A stretch of DNA of 64,000 nucleotides from the NCBI RefSeq assembly GCF_030144855.1, contig NC_082714.1:124620001-124684000 (forward strand), written 5' to 3'. Below are positions 38,885-51,744 of the stretch, one piece after another. Below the pieces are notes generated by a model. It was given only the letters and a program-made list of their open reading frames with translations, ran no database searches and was not told where the DNA came from. The DNA comes from Hypanus sabinus (lineage: Eukaryota). The stretch's first letter is position 1. Every line of letters begins with the position of its first letter. Position numbers and translations under genes: made by a program.

Positions 38885-40140
38885 GAAATGTAGAAAACCT
38901 ACAGCACAAAACAGGCCCTTCGGCTCACAGTGCTGTGCCGAACATGTACTTACTTTAAAAATTACCTATGGTTACCCATAGCCCTTTATTTTTTAAGCTC
39001 CATGTACCTATCCAGGAGTTCCTTAAAAGACCCTTTCGTACTGCGTCTACCCCCGTCGCTGGCAGCCTATTCCACACATTCACCACTCTTTGCGTTTCTA
39101 AAAAGGGAAAGAAAGAAAAAAGCAACAACTTACCCCTGACATCTCCTCTGTAACTACTTCCAAGTTGTCCAAGTACTGAGACCTTTTGTAACTTTCTTGG
39201 TCGCCAGACTTGAAATTCTCTGATCTGGCCATTAGAGATCCAGGGCTACTGGTTGAGGAAGACTCTGAAAGATTTTATGGGGACAGAGTCATCTACAACT
39301 ATTACAGTCTGTGACAATCATGGTGTATTCATTCAAATCCACAAATGAGTCTAATAGCAGCTCTATTACCTCTTTGTTGTCCCTTCTTGTTTCTAACTTC
39401 TATCCAGCGAGACTCGGACAATCCCTCCTTGACTTCCTTCTTTTCTGCAGCCATGACACTATCTCTGATTAGCAGTGCCACACCCCCACCTCTTTTGCTT
39501 CCCTCCCTGTCCTTTCAGAAACATCTAAAGCCCGGCACTCTTTTAAGTAACTATTCCTACCCCTGAGCCATCGGAGTCTCTGTAATGGCCACAACATATT
39601 AGCTTCAAGTACTGATCCATGCTCTAGGCTCATCTGCTTTATTCATGATGCTTCTTGCATTAAAATAGACACTTCTCAAACCATCGGTCTGAGCGTATCC
39701 CTTTTCTGTCACCTGCCTATCCTCCCTCTTGCATTGTCTCCAAGCTTTCTGGATTTGTGAGCCAACCACCCCTTCCTCCATCTCTTCATCCTCCAGCCAT
39801 TCTAGTTTAAACTCTTCCCAACAGCCTTGGCAAACCTCCCTGCCAGGATATTGGTCCCCTTGGGTTCAAGTGCAACCCGTCCTTTTTGTACAGGTCGCTC
39901 CTGCCCCAAAAAAGGTCGCAATGATCCAGAAATCTGAATCCCTGCCCCCTACTCCAATCCCTCAGCCATGCAATTATCCTCCACCTCACTCTATTCCTTA
40001 CTCACTGTCATGTGGCACAGGCAGTACTCCTGAGATTATTACCTTTGAGGTGTGCTCCTCAACTTCCTTCCTAACTTTCTGTAGTCTGTTTTCAGGACCT
40101 CCTCCCTTTTCCTACCTATGTCGTTGGTACCAATATGTAG
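38885..40140 (-). mobile_element. CR1 fragments (3' end at 38885-39165; ORF1/APE junction at 39340-40140)
   Basis: WLRDWSRGQGFRFLDHCDLFWGRSDLYKKDGLHLN, the SGNH esterase C-terminus. Confidence 0.85.
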
Positions 40141-41349
40141 AGGTTATTCTGCACTACAACTACTATTGCCACTAATTTGCCCTTTAGTTTCACTGAGAAT
40201 CATTGTTTGCAGTCATATCATCCTACCTGACCATGATAGATTGGTTAATCTTCACTGATAAATGTCAGAAACTCATTCCTTATTTCTGTAGGTTTGGCTT
40301 AACCCTTTCTTCAGCTCTTTCTCATTCAAGTATTCTGTCCTTTTTGGGTGAACTATTGCACTGTTCTCCAAAATGATGTTGTAGAATATCAGTTCATTTT
40401 GTATGAAGCTGTATTTGTAACATCCTAATTACAAGTTCTACTCAAATTTAATATTCTCTTATTCACTATTATGCCCTTTAATGGATTTCTCTCTATATAC
40501 TCACAGCATTACAAAATGCTCTGCTTGCACTGTACATATTTTAAAAAATGCACTAATGGAATAAATCAAATTGGCTGTATTATAGCAAAACTATAGCAAA
40601 ATACCCTTTAGATATTTGATATTGTTGAGCAGGACTGGCAAATTTTCTGGACTTTTTAAACACCAACACATTTTAAATGCACCTTTTTGAGCTGTTGCGT
40701 GGCAGTTTAATAAATTCATTTGCTTTCACTGTGTTAGACCTGATACTTTTGTGATCTGAAGATACTTTGGAAGTGAAGAGTTAGGCATAAAAATTGTTGC
40801 TTATGATCATTCAGTGTTACAAAAATAGAAAACAGAAGAAAGAGGAGCAGAGAGAACAAAGAAAAGACTAAGGAAACAGCAATTGTCAACTCATAGTCAG
40901 ACTATAAAAGGAGCTGAGGGGCCTGTGAGTTACAGGGATAGCGGAATCAAGTTCTGAGTTTAAAATGAGTTTAAATTATTTAATTCCCTCAGTAACTGTA
41001 CAAGATTGAAAACAAGCCCTTCAGCTGACCTCATTCACACTAATCATTACACATCCATTTATACTAAACCCATTTTTCCTCTTGCATCTTTGTCAACTCT
41101 CCTGATTCTCTGCGATGCACCTATATTAGGGTCAATGTTCAGTAACTACTCAACATACCAATCATTAAGTCTTTGGCATGTGGGAGAAAATGGAGCAGTC
41201 GGGTGAAACCTAGGCAGACATAAAAAATGTGCAAACTCAGCATGGACGTTATCATTTTAGAGCAAATGTTTGATCTGTATATTTATACTTTGGCAACAAG
41301 ATGTCCTAAATGTAGAAAAGGCATTTCCTGCTTGTTTTTATGGAACATA

Positions 41350-43153
41350 CAGTGCTTTGAAAAAGTATTCAGCTCCTAACCCTTTGTTCACATGAGTATT
41401 AAAACCACAGACTTCTGATAAATTTATCTAAGCACTTTTATTCATGAGTCACATGTTCCTTTTTCATAACACAGCCCAAAATACAGGGAAAATTGTAAAG
41501 CATAAAAATCAAAAAGTACAAGAACTGAAATGTCAGCAGTTCAAAAGTATTCATTGCTCAATATTTAGTTGATACCTCTCATATCTATTACAGCCAGTAG
41601 TCTTTTTGAATTGATCTCTATTAGCTTTGCACAATGTGATGGAACAAGATATGCCCATTCCTTCCTTGCCAAATTGCTCTAACTTTGCCAGGTTGGGGAG
41701 TGGCAGTGGGCAGCAATCTTGAAGTCTTGACAGATAAGTTCGATTAGCTTAAGGTCAGGGTTCTGATTTGGCCACTAAAGGACATAATTTTCTTAATTTG
41801 AAGACACTTCATAGCTGCTCTGGCAGTGTGCTTTGAGTCGTCCTGCTGAAAGATGAATTTCCTCCCCAGTTTAAGCTTTGTGTGAGAGGTTTGGAATCTC
41901 TCTGTATTTAGCAGCATTCATCTTCCCATCAGTCTTGACTAGATTCATAGTCCTTGCTGCTGAAAAGCATCCCTATAGCATGACGCTACCTCCACGATAT
42001 TTTACAGTAGGGATGATGTTACCTGGCTGATGCACAGTATTAGATTTATGTTATATATTCTGCTTAGTTTTGAGGCCAGAAAGTTGCACTTTTGTCTCTT
42101 CCAACCATTAGACCTTCTTCCACATCTTTACAGCATCTTCTAAGTGATGCTTTGAAAAGTCGAAAGGCATGGATATGCTTTTTTTTTAAAGCCAAGTTTC
42201 CTCCTTGCCATTCTTCCATAAATATTCTTTTTCTGCAATGCCTTAGAGATTCTGGAGCTATGAGCTTCATCTCCAGCTGCATCTTGCAGCTCACTCAGTG
42301 ACTGGTGTCACAGTTGTTTCTCAGAAGGGCAATTCTTCTCCAGCTACTATGTTTAGAGGGGTAGTCTGATTTAGGCAGATTGGTTTCATATTTTCCCACT
42401 TTATCATGATGGATTGCACTGAGTTCTGTGGTATGTACAGTGCCTTTGAGATGGTCTTGTACCTTTCCCCAGATTTGTGTTTCGCTATTATCATTTCCCT
42501 GACTTGACTTGAATGCTCTTTTGACTTCATTTTGGTGTGTTCTGTTGAAAATCTATCATACTGTTTGTCCTCAGAGAGTGGTTATTTGTTCTTATGAATT
42601 CATTGAAAACAGATGATCCAATTTTTTACACCAGCAAATTCTTCTCTCCTCTTCCCCCCCCCCCTGCCCCCCCCCACTAGGTGAGTTAGTCAGGTAATAA
42701 ATTGCTATTGAGGAAGTTAGTGTGGTAATTACAAGGGGGATGAAAATACTATTTCAGCTTCACAATTTGGGTTTCTGATTTTTAGTGAATTGTTAACAGG
42801 CTTTGGAATTTTTCATTTGATTTGACATCATGCGTAATGTTTTGTAGATTAGCTCAAAAATCCTACTTCAATATATTTTAAAGTTAGAAAATGAGGTAGT
42901 AATATGGGAAGCAACACACACAAAATGCTATGGAACACAGCAGGCCAGGCAGCATCTATAAGGAGAAAGTCCTTCGTCAGGACTAGTCTCGGCCCGAAAC
43001 GTCCATAGTGCTTCTTATAGATGCTGCCTGGCCTGCTGTGTTCCACCAGCATTTTGTGTGTGTGTTGCTTGAATTTCCAGCATCTGCAGATTTCCTCATG
43101 TTCAGTAATATGGGAAGCTAGTTGTGGGGGCTGAATACTTTTTCAAAACGCTG
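41350..43153 (-). mobile_element. Tc1/mariner DNA transposon, decayed, in SPATA2 intron
   Basis: TA TSDs; TIRs cagtgctttgaaaaagtattcagc / gctgaatactttttcaaaacgctg. Transposase N-terminus MKSKEHS..HKSGERYKTISKAL at 42321-42530, frameshifted thereafter. Confidence 0.92.
42913..43103. mobile_element. Palindromic Penelope-derived insert nested in the Tc1 TIR
   Basis: 15-bp TSD agtaatatgggaagc at 42898-42912 and 43104-43118. Confidence 0.88.
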
Positions 43154-43353
43154 TAAATTGTTAATAACTTACCAATTTTTCACATTCATAGTTGAGTTCA
43201 AGTTTGAAACGTTCCTGGTTAATGCCTGTTTTATCAATTTACCTTCCCAACTTAGTACAGCTACAGGAAAATGACAGTATGTAGATTGCAGGTAAAGTTA
43301 ACAATTGTAATGTGATTAAGAATACCATTCATTTACTTTTCTTTCTGTTGTAG

Positions 43354-44601
43354 ACTTTTACAGGGCATTTTGTCTACTATATCAAATCCGCAATGTGTGA
43401 AGATGATGTATTTAATATCCTGTATTTCATAGGATATGACTATGAAAAGGAAATGTATGAACTGAAAAGCAAAGTAAACACTAACCATGTGAAATTCATT
43501 TCTTTTGAACTTTTCTTGGCTGGAATTGAGTGTGAGAATTTACTTGAAATTTATTCACAAATTAGAATGAGGGGTTATTCAGAGCTTAATGTAGTGCAAG
43601 AACGTAAGAACAGCACAGATGATGTGAAAGGTTGCATAGACGCCATGAAAAGACAAAGAAGGTCAATGGAAGGCTTGCATACATCAATGGTTCAAATGGA
43701 TTTCCGCCGATCAGACAATGAACGGTTAACAAACAATTTCGGAAAACACTTGATGTACAAAGCTTCACCTGTCGATAATGATGAAACTACTTTGGAAAAG
43801 CAGTTAAATAAAATTCATTTGACACCTGCACATCGTAAAAAAGAAGCAGCTTATGACTCTTCTGATGACATAACTGATGAAATTTTTCGTCCTACTCCAT
43901 CACTTCTTGCTATGTCAAGTTCCCCTCGTGGAGGCTCAGAGGAATACTTGCAATCTCCCAATGGTAGCTGGAGAGCAGAATCCAATTTTAACACTCCTTA
44001 CCATACATTTGATGATTTGGATCTTTACACAGCTGAAGATCCCAGAAGCACTTTACCACAAAGATGGACAGAAACAGCAAACAGTCACAGTACAAGGTTG
44101 ATAAAAAGTAATGAAGCAAGAGCTCTGTACCATGAAGCTCCACGTACTACCAAAGAAAGTATAGCAAGCACAGTTGCATTGAAGTGCCAAATGTGTGGAA
44201 TATCTAGTGGAACCTCAAGTTGCCAAAAATGTGACAATGTTCTTTGTAACCAGTGCCCTTGTAGACACGAATATCCAAAAACAGTGAGTATCTTAGCACG
44301 TTCTTCATCCTTTCAAACTGACCTGTCTGCAACTTCTACACTGAAAGAGAAATGTGCACATGGTACCACATCACCGTATCAAGAGCACTTACCCAGTTCC
44401 AAGAGTACCAATATGTTGCGCTGTGGATTTTGTGACAAACCTGGTGCAAAGTTCACTTGTATGAACTGTTCTAAGGTCTCCTGTAATGATTGTAAGAGTG
44501 GTTATCATTTGGATTTATGCAGCAAAAATAAGTCGCACAATTTCTTTCCCAACAGCCAGCTCAGTTTCAAATCTAGTAAAAATTATTCTGTATACCGATA
44601 A
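43354..44601 (+). CDS. SPATA2: SPATA2 last coding exon (PUB C-part, PIM, Cys fingers)
   Basis: Acceptor ctgttgtag then TFTGHFVYYIKS. PIM motif DDLDLYT at 44011-44031; C-terminus CGFCDKPG...VYR*. Total protein 518 aa. Confidence 0.95.
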   Translation, partial: TFTGHFVYYIKSAMCEDDVFNILYFIGYDYEKEMYELKSKVNTNHVKFISFELFLAGIECENLLEIYSQIRMRGYSELNVVQERKNSTDDVKGCIDAMKRQRRSMEGLHTSMVQMDFRRSDNERLTNNFGKHLMYKASPVDNDETTLEKQLNKIHLTPAHRKKEAAYDSSDDITDEIFRPTPSLLAMSSSPRGGSEEYLQSPNGSWRAESNFNTPYHTFDDLDLYTAEDPRSTLPQRWTETANSHSTRLIKSNEARALYHEAPRTTKESIASTVALKCQMCGISSGTSSCQKCDNVLCNQCPCRHEYPKTVSILARSSSFQTDLSATSTLKEKCAHGTTSPYQEHLPSSKSTNMLRCGFCDKPGAKFTCMNCSKVSCNDCKSGYHLDLCSKNKSHNFFPNSQLSFKSSKNYSVYR

Positions 44602-46250
44602 ATTGTATAATCTGAAAAAATGATGCATGATCAGCCCTGGAAAAATCTATGCAAGGAATATTTTGAAAGCTGGCAGAATGAAAATTTTGTTGACATATAA
44701 TTGCTCACTGTGATCTCTTGTCCTACAATATGCACCTTAAGGTATTTAAACTGCTGCTATATTTTTCAAGGGCTGATATGTGTACATAAAAGCTGCTTTG
44801 ATCTATTAATTCATACCAGCGATGCAGAAGAGGGTACTTCAGAATCTTCAGCAAAACCATTTGTAACTACAAGTGAATGAGAGAGAACAGTTGATGTTGG
44901 ATTTAACATAATGCTGTCAAATGTTTATACAAACAAGCCTTGGTATTGATGTGCAATTTTTCTTTTGTCTTTTTCTAATGTGATGGTGTTTCATAATTAT
45001 TTTTTACTTGCAATAGGTGAACAAGTGTGTTTTCTGAAGGAAATCCCTATCTTGCTTTCGGCTTATCATTTTTTGTTGAAAACTTAAATAATTTTATGAC
45101 TGCTTATATGAATAAAACATTTGGCACTGCTAAAATTTGAGGGTTTGTCTTAGCCCAAGGTTGAATTGCGTATGAACTTGGATAAACACATACTCTGAAT
45201 TATGTGTTTACATTACTGAGAGCACTTTTTAAAGACATTGTGAAGTTCATAGATTTTTTTTCCATAGCTGGAATGCCATGTACACCAGATCTCTGACACT
45301 GAACTAAATTTAATGTATTCCATTTACAATGCATATTTTTTGCCATTTTGATTTGAACAAGTTAAACTTTTGTTTACTATAACCTTGTGTCAGGTTCCAA
45401 TTGATCTTTCAGCATTGGCTTTAATACATAACTTAACACTAAGGTAACTGTAAGATGTTTTTTATACTTGTTCTGCTTGCAAAATCACTGACTCTTAGGG
45501 GTGTGTTTATATTGCGTCTTGTCATTACTGAGGGCTTATCAGATTGCTTTTGGCTTAATGGAGAGTGTGCATAAGGAATAAAAGATCTGACTCCACTCAG
45601 ATCAAAAATCTATAAATGCCTCTGCTGTTTGTGGTGCGTGGCATAGAATTATGAGGTAGTGACTATACTCCTGAATTTATATGGAAGCTTTCACAATGTT
45701 CCTATTGCTTCACAGCTAAAGAAATATTTTCCTAATATGCAATAATGGTAAATGTGGCAGTCAGAAACAATTTGCTACAGCCAGACATGTGACAATAACC
45801 ATCCAACCTTCTAGGATGTTTAAGGAACGAATGTAGGCCAAGTCAGAGGGATAATATCTTCACTGCTCTTTAAAACCATGTTGGAAACTTTTGCATCCCA
45901 GGAATGCAGCGGTGGCTTCAGTTTAACAACAGATAGCATCTCTAATAGTACTTAACTGTGTTCTGGAGTGCCCACATGGAATTTTGTATTCTAGTTTCTG
46001 GAGTAGGACTTGTGAATATATTACAACTATACTAAACATTTTGGAAATGGAATTTCCTGTTTACTGTAAGTGAATGCAGAATGTTTCCATACACAATTTG
46101 TACCTTTCTGTGGAATTTTGTTATCTATGTATCTAGAATCTATACACTTGACACAATTTATGCAGTCCACAATAATATTTTTGACAATCTGTAATGCAGT
46201 TGATCTGAATGGGAGTAGTTAATTTTGGCCTTCTTGAATGTATTAAAGTT
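44602..46250 (+). other. SPATA2: Probable long SPATA2 3' UTR
   Basis: Repeat-free and U-rich; AATAAA at 45111 and 45577, ATTAAA at 46242. Confidence 0.5.
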
Positions 46251-47379
46251 CTGTTGCTTCATAGCTAACCAACAAGAATATATCCAGGTTTTGTTATATT
46301 CAGTGGACTTTTGGGCTCAAACTGATTATAGGAGAAATTAAAATTTCCCTTGTTTTCATAAATAACATCACCTTTGAATTGTCCCAAGTCTGAAAGTTAG
46401 GCCTTTGTGTTCAGGATTCTCCCCCATCAGCTATCTTAACATCTCTATTTGATCATCACTTAATATTCTGTATTTAAACTATGACTCATTTTCTTGAACC
46501 AGAGAAGATTGAGATGTGATGTGATTAAAATAGGTAAAGATTATCAGAGATCTAAATTGAGTTAAGGTTAGTTGTTTCCATTGCTAGAAACATCAAGAAC
46601 TAGAGAATATCGAATTAAGGTGACAGTCATGATAGACTTTCTGAAAGTGGAACAGCTGTCTGAAAGTGCGGTGAAGCAGATTTGATTGAAGCTTTCAAAA
46701 GGGCATTATTGGGTAGATATTTGTAGGAGAAAAGAAGATTGTGGGGAGTAACTAATTGGATTAAAATTGCAGAACTGTTGTGGGCTCAATAGGTCAAAGG
46801 ATCTTTCTTGCTTAAATAATTGCTATGATTCTATATAGGATACTTGAGCTAGAGTGATCTATTTTCATAAATGAATCCTTTTAGGCCATAAGTGAATATT
46901 AAATATGCTCTCTGTATATTCTTTGGATTCTTGTGCCCTAACAATGTAATAATCTAAACCCAGTCTAACCAGAGTTCTGTACAATTATAATATACTGTCA
47001 TCCTGCTTACTGAAACTCCTTTTTAGCTCAATGCAATTCATTTCAATGTACAATTAATACTTTTCTGCAGAACCTTTAATTGCCTGCATTCATTGGATTT
47101 GTGTAGTTTATGTATGTGATGTGTTTAGTGTTTTGTTATGGGCAATGTGGAAAGCAGTTTAAAGGAGCAGGAAGTCCATTCTGTTTCTCTGGACTGTAAT
47201 AAATTAGTCATAAAAACTACTCTTGATATTCATGCCTTCTGTGATTTCTCTGCATGGACTCATATTTCTGTTCCTACATAGTTCTTTGATTTTTAATAAT
47301 AAGGAAATTCTCAGATCTGTCTTTCCTTCCAAGGAAAACGATTCCACATTTCATCACTCATGTTTTTCCAGTAGTGACC

Positions 47380-49130
47380 CTCACTTTGCAAAAGACTAAA
47401 CAGTATTGTGGACTGCAAAAAGCATGTGACAGATTGGAGGTATAAAGCATGATGGTGGAAGAGGCACAGCACTTGAATTTTAATGTAAAAAAATAAAGTA
47501 GTGGATTTTGGAAGCAAACATGAGGAAAGGCAATGCAGAATCGATCTGAAAGGGAAAAAACTAAAGGATCTGTGAGAAACAAATCGCTTGCCACAGCAGA
47601 TTGAGAAAATGATTAGTAAAGTAGTCACATTCTCAGCCTTGTAAGTAGAGGCATTGAGTACAAAAGCAATAAATTCATGCTAAACTTTTATAAGACATTT
47701 ATCTGGCTTTAACTATTATTATGTTCAATTGTGGTCATCCCATTTGTAGGAATAATCAGACATTAGAGAAGGGTTCACAGAAGATGTATAAAAGTTCAAA
47801 GGTGATTCAGAAATACTGTGATTTTGGAGATGAGAAAGCTGAGAGGCAATTCGATATAAATAAGAGTGGATGTTCAATTCTGAAGATAGAGTTGTTTAAA
47901 TAAATATGGAAATAACAAGTTAAATAGCGGTATTTCATTTGCCATTTTCCAATCCAAAGAGGGACCCGAAAAGAGCATTATAGAAGACCGTGTCTGAAGT
48001 ACAAAATGTTTATGATGAGAAACAAAAATAGAATGAGAATGTTTAGGAAGGGGATTCCTGAAGTTAGACCCTTGCATTGCTTAAGATAGGATTGTCATTG
48101 ATGGGCAAACAAGTGGTGGTGTCACTGAGACCAGACCTGAAGGAGTGAAAAGTTTGCTGAGTGTTTTAGGATGGAAAGGTCTAAGATCACCCCATCTAGA
48201 AATCTCCAGTTTGCTGCTTCATTCAGTTAAGCCAGTTGTAAATCCTATATCTCATCAGATTTCCTGCCCAAAACCTTAAATTCCCCTAGTTCCCTATAAT
48301 CAATTGCTTTCATTCTTGCATCCTACCAAGCATGTCCAGTTCCCAGATGTGATTTGCAAAGATAACCCTCTATAAACAAATTGTGGTTGACTCCTAAGAG
48401 ATGTCCCTGGTTCTTGACGCTCATGTATAAGCAACTGGCATCTTTCAGAATCCTGCATGCTTAAATGAAATTAGTTCTCGGTGTCCTAAATTCCCATAAA
48501 TAAAGGCCATTTTATTTGATCTGCCTTCACTTTTCAGTTCTTTGATTCAGAAATCAGTCACATGATGTTCTGCACCAAATGTATCGGTTCATGTGTGCAG
48601 GAGACCAAACTGTTGCAGAGCTGATTGTCGAATTCAGGAAGGGGAAGGAGGGTGAATCACTGGTCAACATTGGGGAATCAGTAATGGAGACAATCAACAG
48701 CTTTAAACTCCTGGATATTAACATATTAGATCAGCTGTCTTGGCTCCAGCATCTCAATGCAATGATTTGAAAGGTGTGCTAGCATTTTTACTTTCTTAGG
48801 AGGCCAGTGATGTTTGGTATGGCAATTCAAATGCATGGAAATATAAACAGCTGCAGGCATTAGTGGACGCAGCCTATTACATTACAGACAACTCTATTCA
48901 TTTCAGCAACACTGACGATTTCGATCATCTGGCATTAAAATTGACTTTTCTAAATGTTTTTTTCTCGTAAATATTGTGTATAATTTTTGTTTTATATATG
49001 TATTTCTGTGAATGCTGCTTATATGATGCTACATGTCTGTGAGGCTGCTGGAAATAAGTTTTTCATTGCATCTGTACCTAAAGATAATTGAACATATGGC
49101 AATAAACTTGACTTTGACTTTCACATGGGG
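47380..49130. mobile_element. Mixed old CR1 and Rex1-like fragments
   Basis: CR1 remnant near 47540-47900; ELIVEFRK..INSFKLLDINI Rex1-like remnant at 48620-49120. Confidence 0.55.
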
Positions 49131-50170
49131 CTCAAGGTATGTTTGGAGCATCATTCTATGGAGAAACAACAAAACTTATTTATATTTGTAGTCCAAGCTT
49201 ATTAGTGTAAAGACTAATGTATCACTTGCATTTTTGCCTGTTTTCTGCAATATTCACATATTTAGCATTTCATGAACTAACTATACCAAATTTACTAGGT
49301 TCTCGCGGCTTTATTTAAAAACAGAATATTGTTCTACCTGCCAGAAGGAATAAGCCTATTCTCCAACGTTGTTTCTACATTATTCCAATCTGTATTTTCA
49401 CAAGTTTTGTTTGCTTCCCACCCACTTTCACTTCCTTACCTAACATTGTGTTATCTGCAAACTTGAACTGGTTGCACTTTCTGTCTAAGTTATTAATGTG
49501 GAATATCTGACTGCTGAGCAGTGATGCTTGCAGGACCCCACTAGTAGCAGTTTGTCAAACTGGAAAAGGTTTATTTAATCCAATTTCTTCTGTTCTTCAA
49601 TTATTCATCTATGTTAATATTACCCTCATCCTGTGAGTACAGTACTCATATAAAATATTAAAGGTACGTGGACATCAGCAACAATGTTAGCTTTTCTTGT
49701 CCATCCCTAATTGGCACCAAACAGAGTAGGCAATTAAACACTAATCGCGTAAGTGAGCATGAAATTGTATGCAGGCCAGAACAAATGAGAACATCAGTTT
49801 TTCTTTCCCCAAACTTCAGTGAGATTGATGCGTTTTACTTAAATTCCAGATTTAGTTAATTAGCTTGAGTTAAATTCCTTAGTTACTATGTTGGGATTTA
49901 AACTAGTTAATTATCTAAGCTGTAGGATACAGTCTACTATCAGGTACAATGCTACCTCCCCTGACTTAATGCACCTTTAACCTTATAAAATACAATTTGA
50001 AAATCCTCAAAAGTTTCTCTTGTGTATTCTGCTGATTATATCCTCAAGATAAATTGATTTTATGAATGGAAACCCATGTTAAACAAATCCAACAATGCTA
50101 CTGTATCCTGTGGTCTTGGGATGTGGGCTATCAAGTCTTAGGGATCTAACTGGCCTTAAGTTCCCTTTTA

Positions 50171-50760
50171 AACATGAGATTCGGCAGATGCAGCAAATTC
50201 AGAGCAGAACATAATCGCTGGAGGAACTCAGCAGGTCAGGCAGTATCTATGTGGAAGAACAAACAATTGACGTTTTAGACCAAGACCCTTCATCAGCACT
50301 GGAAAGGAAGTCGGGAGAAGCCAGAATAAGAAGCTGAGGGAGGGGAAGGAGAACAAGTTAGCAAGTGATAGGTGAAACCAGGTGAGGATGGAAGACAGGT
50401 GAGTGGGGGGAGGGGTGGAATGAGAAGCTGGGATATGATGGGTGGAAAAGGTAGAGGGCTGAAGAGGAAGCAATCCAATAGGAAAGGAGAATGGATCATG
50501 GGGAGAAAAGGATGAAGAGTACCAGAAGGAGGTAATGGGCAGGTGAGAAAAACAAGGGATAAGAGGGGAGCCGGAAAGGGGAATGGAAAAAGGGAAAGGG
50601 AGGAAAAATGACCAGAAATGAGAGAAATCAAAGTTCATGCTGTCAGGTTGCAGGCTACCCAGATGGAATATGAGGGGTTGTCCCTCCAGTCTGAGGGGGT
50701 CTCATTGTGGCAGTTAAGGCCATGGAAAGATGTCGGAATGGCATCAAGATGTAGAATTAA
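50171..50760 (-). mobile_element. Penelope-like element 3' end (GIY-YIG C-terminus, pyrimidine-rich UTR, hammerhead-like motif)
   Basis: Minus-strand RLEGQPLIFHLGSLQPDSMNFDFSHF matches the typical PLE C-terminus; followed by CTGATGAAGGGTC...AAAACGTC. Confidence 0.8.
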
Positions 50761-51744
50761 AATAGCTGGCCTTTGAGAAAGATTGCCTACTGTGAAAAGG
50801 TACTATTTAGTAATATTAAAGTTTCTACTTGCTTCTAGTTGGCAAATATCAAAGTAAAACTGCATCAAAAGTCATTGCCAGTAGGGATCTGCTTGTGCTC
50901 TGTACTGACCTACTTGATAAATATGTGCCTTTTGTGTGTAAAGGGGGTTTCTTTTTTCTTTGTTACTGTTGGGAAAGGGTTTCTTTTTGTTAACTAGCAG
51001 GAATGCTAATTTACTGATAACGAGAATGGTATTCCTTTGTAAACCAAATGGGGATTAATGTTCTTTCTTCTGAGTCTGTAAGCTTTTGTTGACGGGCTTT
51101 TGGGAGATCGGCGTGAGGGGGTCAAGAGAGAGGACGCAATGCTCTAAGCTGGGCGAGGATCGGACCCCAAAGGGGGGTCCGAGGCCGGGAGATTCTCCGA
51201 GGAGGGGGGGGGGATGAAGCTAGATGTGCTTGGTTGACCACTCGGAGGGTCCTGAGCTGTTTGGAGAGTCGAGGAGTTCGGAGGGGATCGAATGGTGGCC
51301 AGAAGACTTCAGAAATTGAGCTCCAACGGCTGTGCACGAAGTGGTTTGGACTTTGATAAGTTTGGCGCCTTTTCTTTAATTTTCTCTTCATATATACTGT
51401 ATCGTTATTAATCACTTAGTTATAGTAACCTTTATAAATTGTACTCATTTAATCGCATATGGTGTACTGTCTGTTTGTGGGCGAGGCGGGGACATCACAC
51501 AGCATCCACACCAGCTGATTACCCTGTTTGGCGGGGCCGAAGGCTGCTCCCCTAGACGAAACGAGCTGAGCGAGCCTGAGGCGACCCAGGGAGTTACATT
51601 GTAGGGTGCTCGTCCGGGGTTGATTTCTGTGGAGGCTGTGTGATCACCCTCTTTAAATTGTGTCTGCGGCGAAGAGCTGGTGTGCCTTTGTGGGTGTGCG
51701 ATTGCTGGTTATCGCTGCGTGTGTGTGGCTGCTGTTGGTAGCAA

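Noticed and set aside
50228-50638. Pro/Phe/Ser-rich ORFs (also 25042-25321)
   Set aside because: They are low-complexity translations of pyrimidine-rich tracts (the Penelope 3' UTR at 50228).
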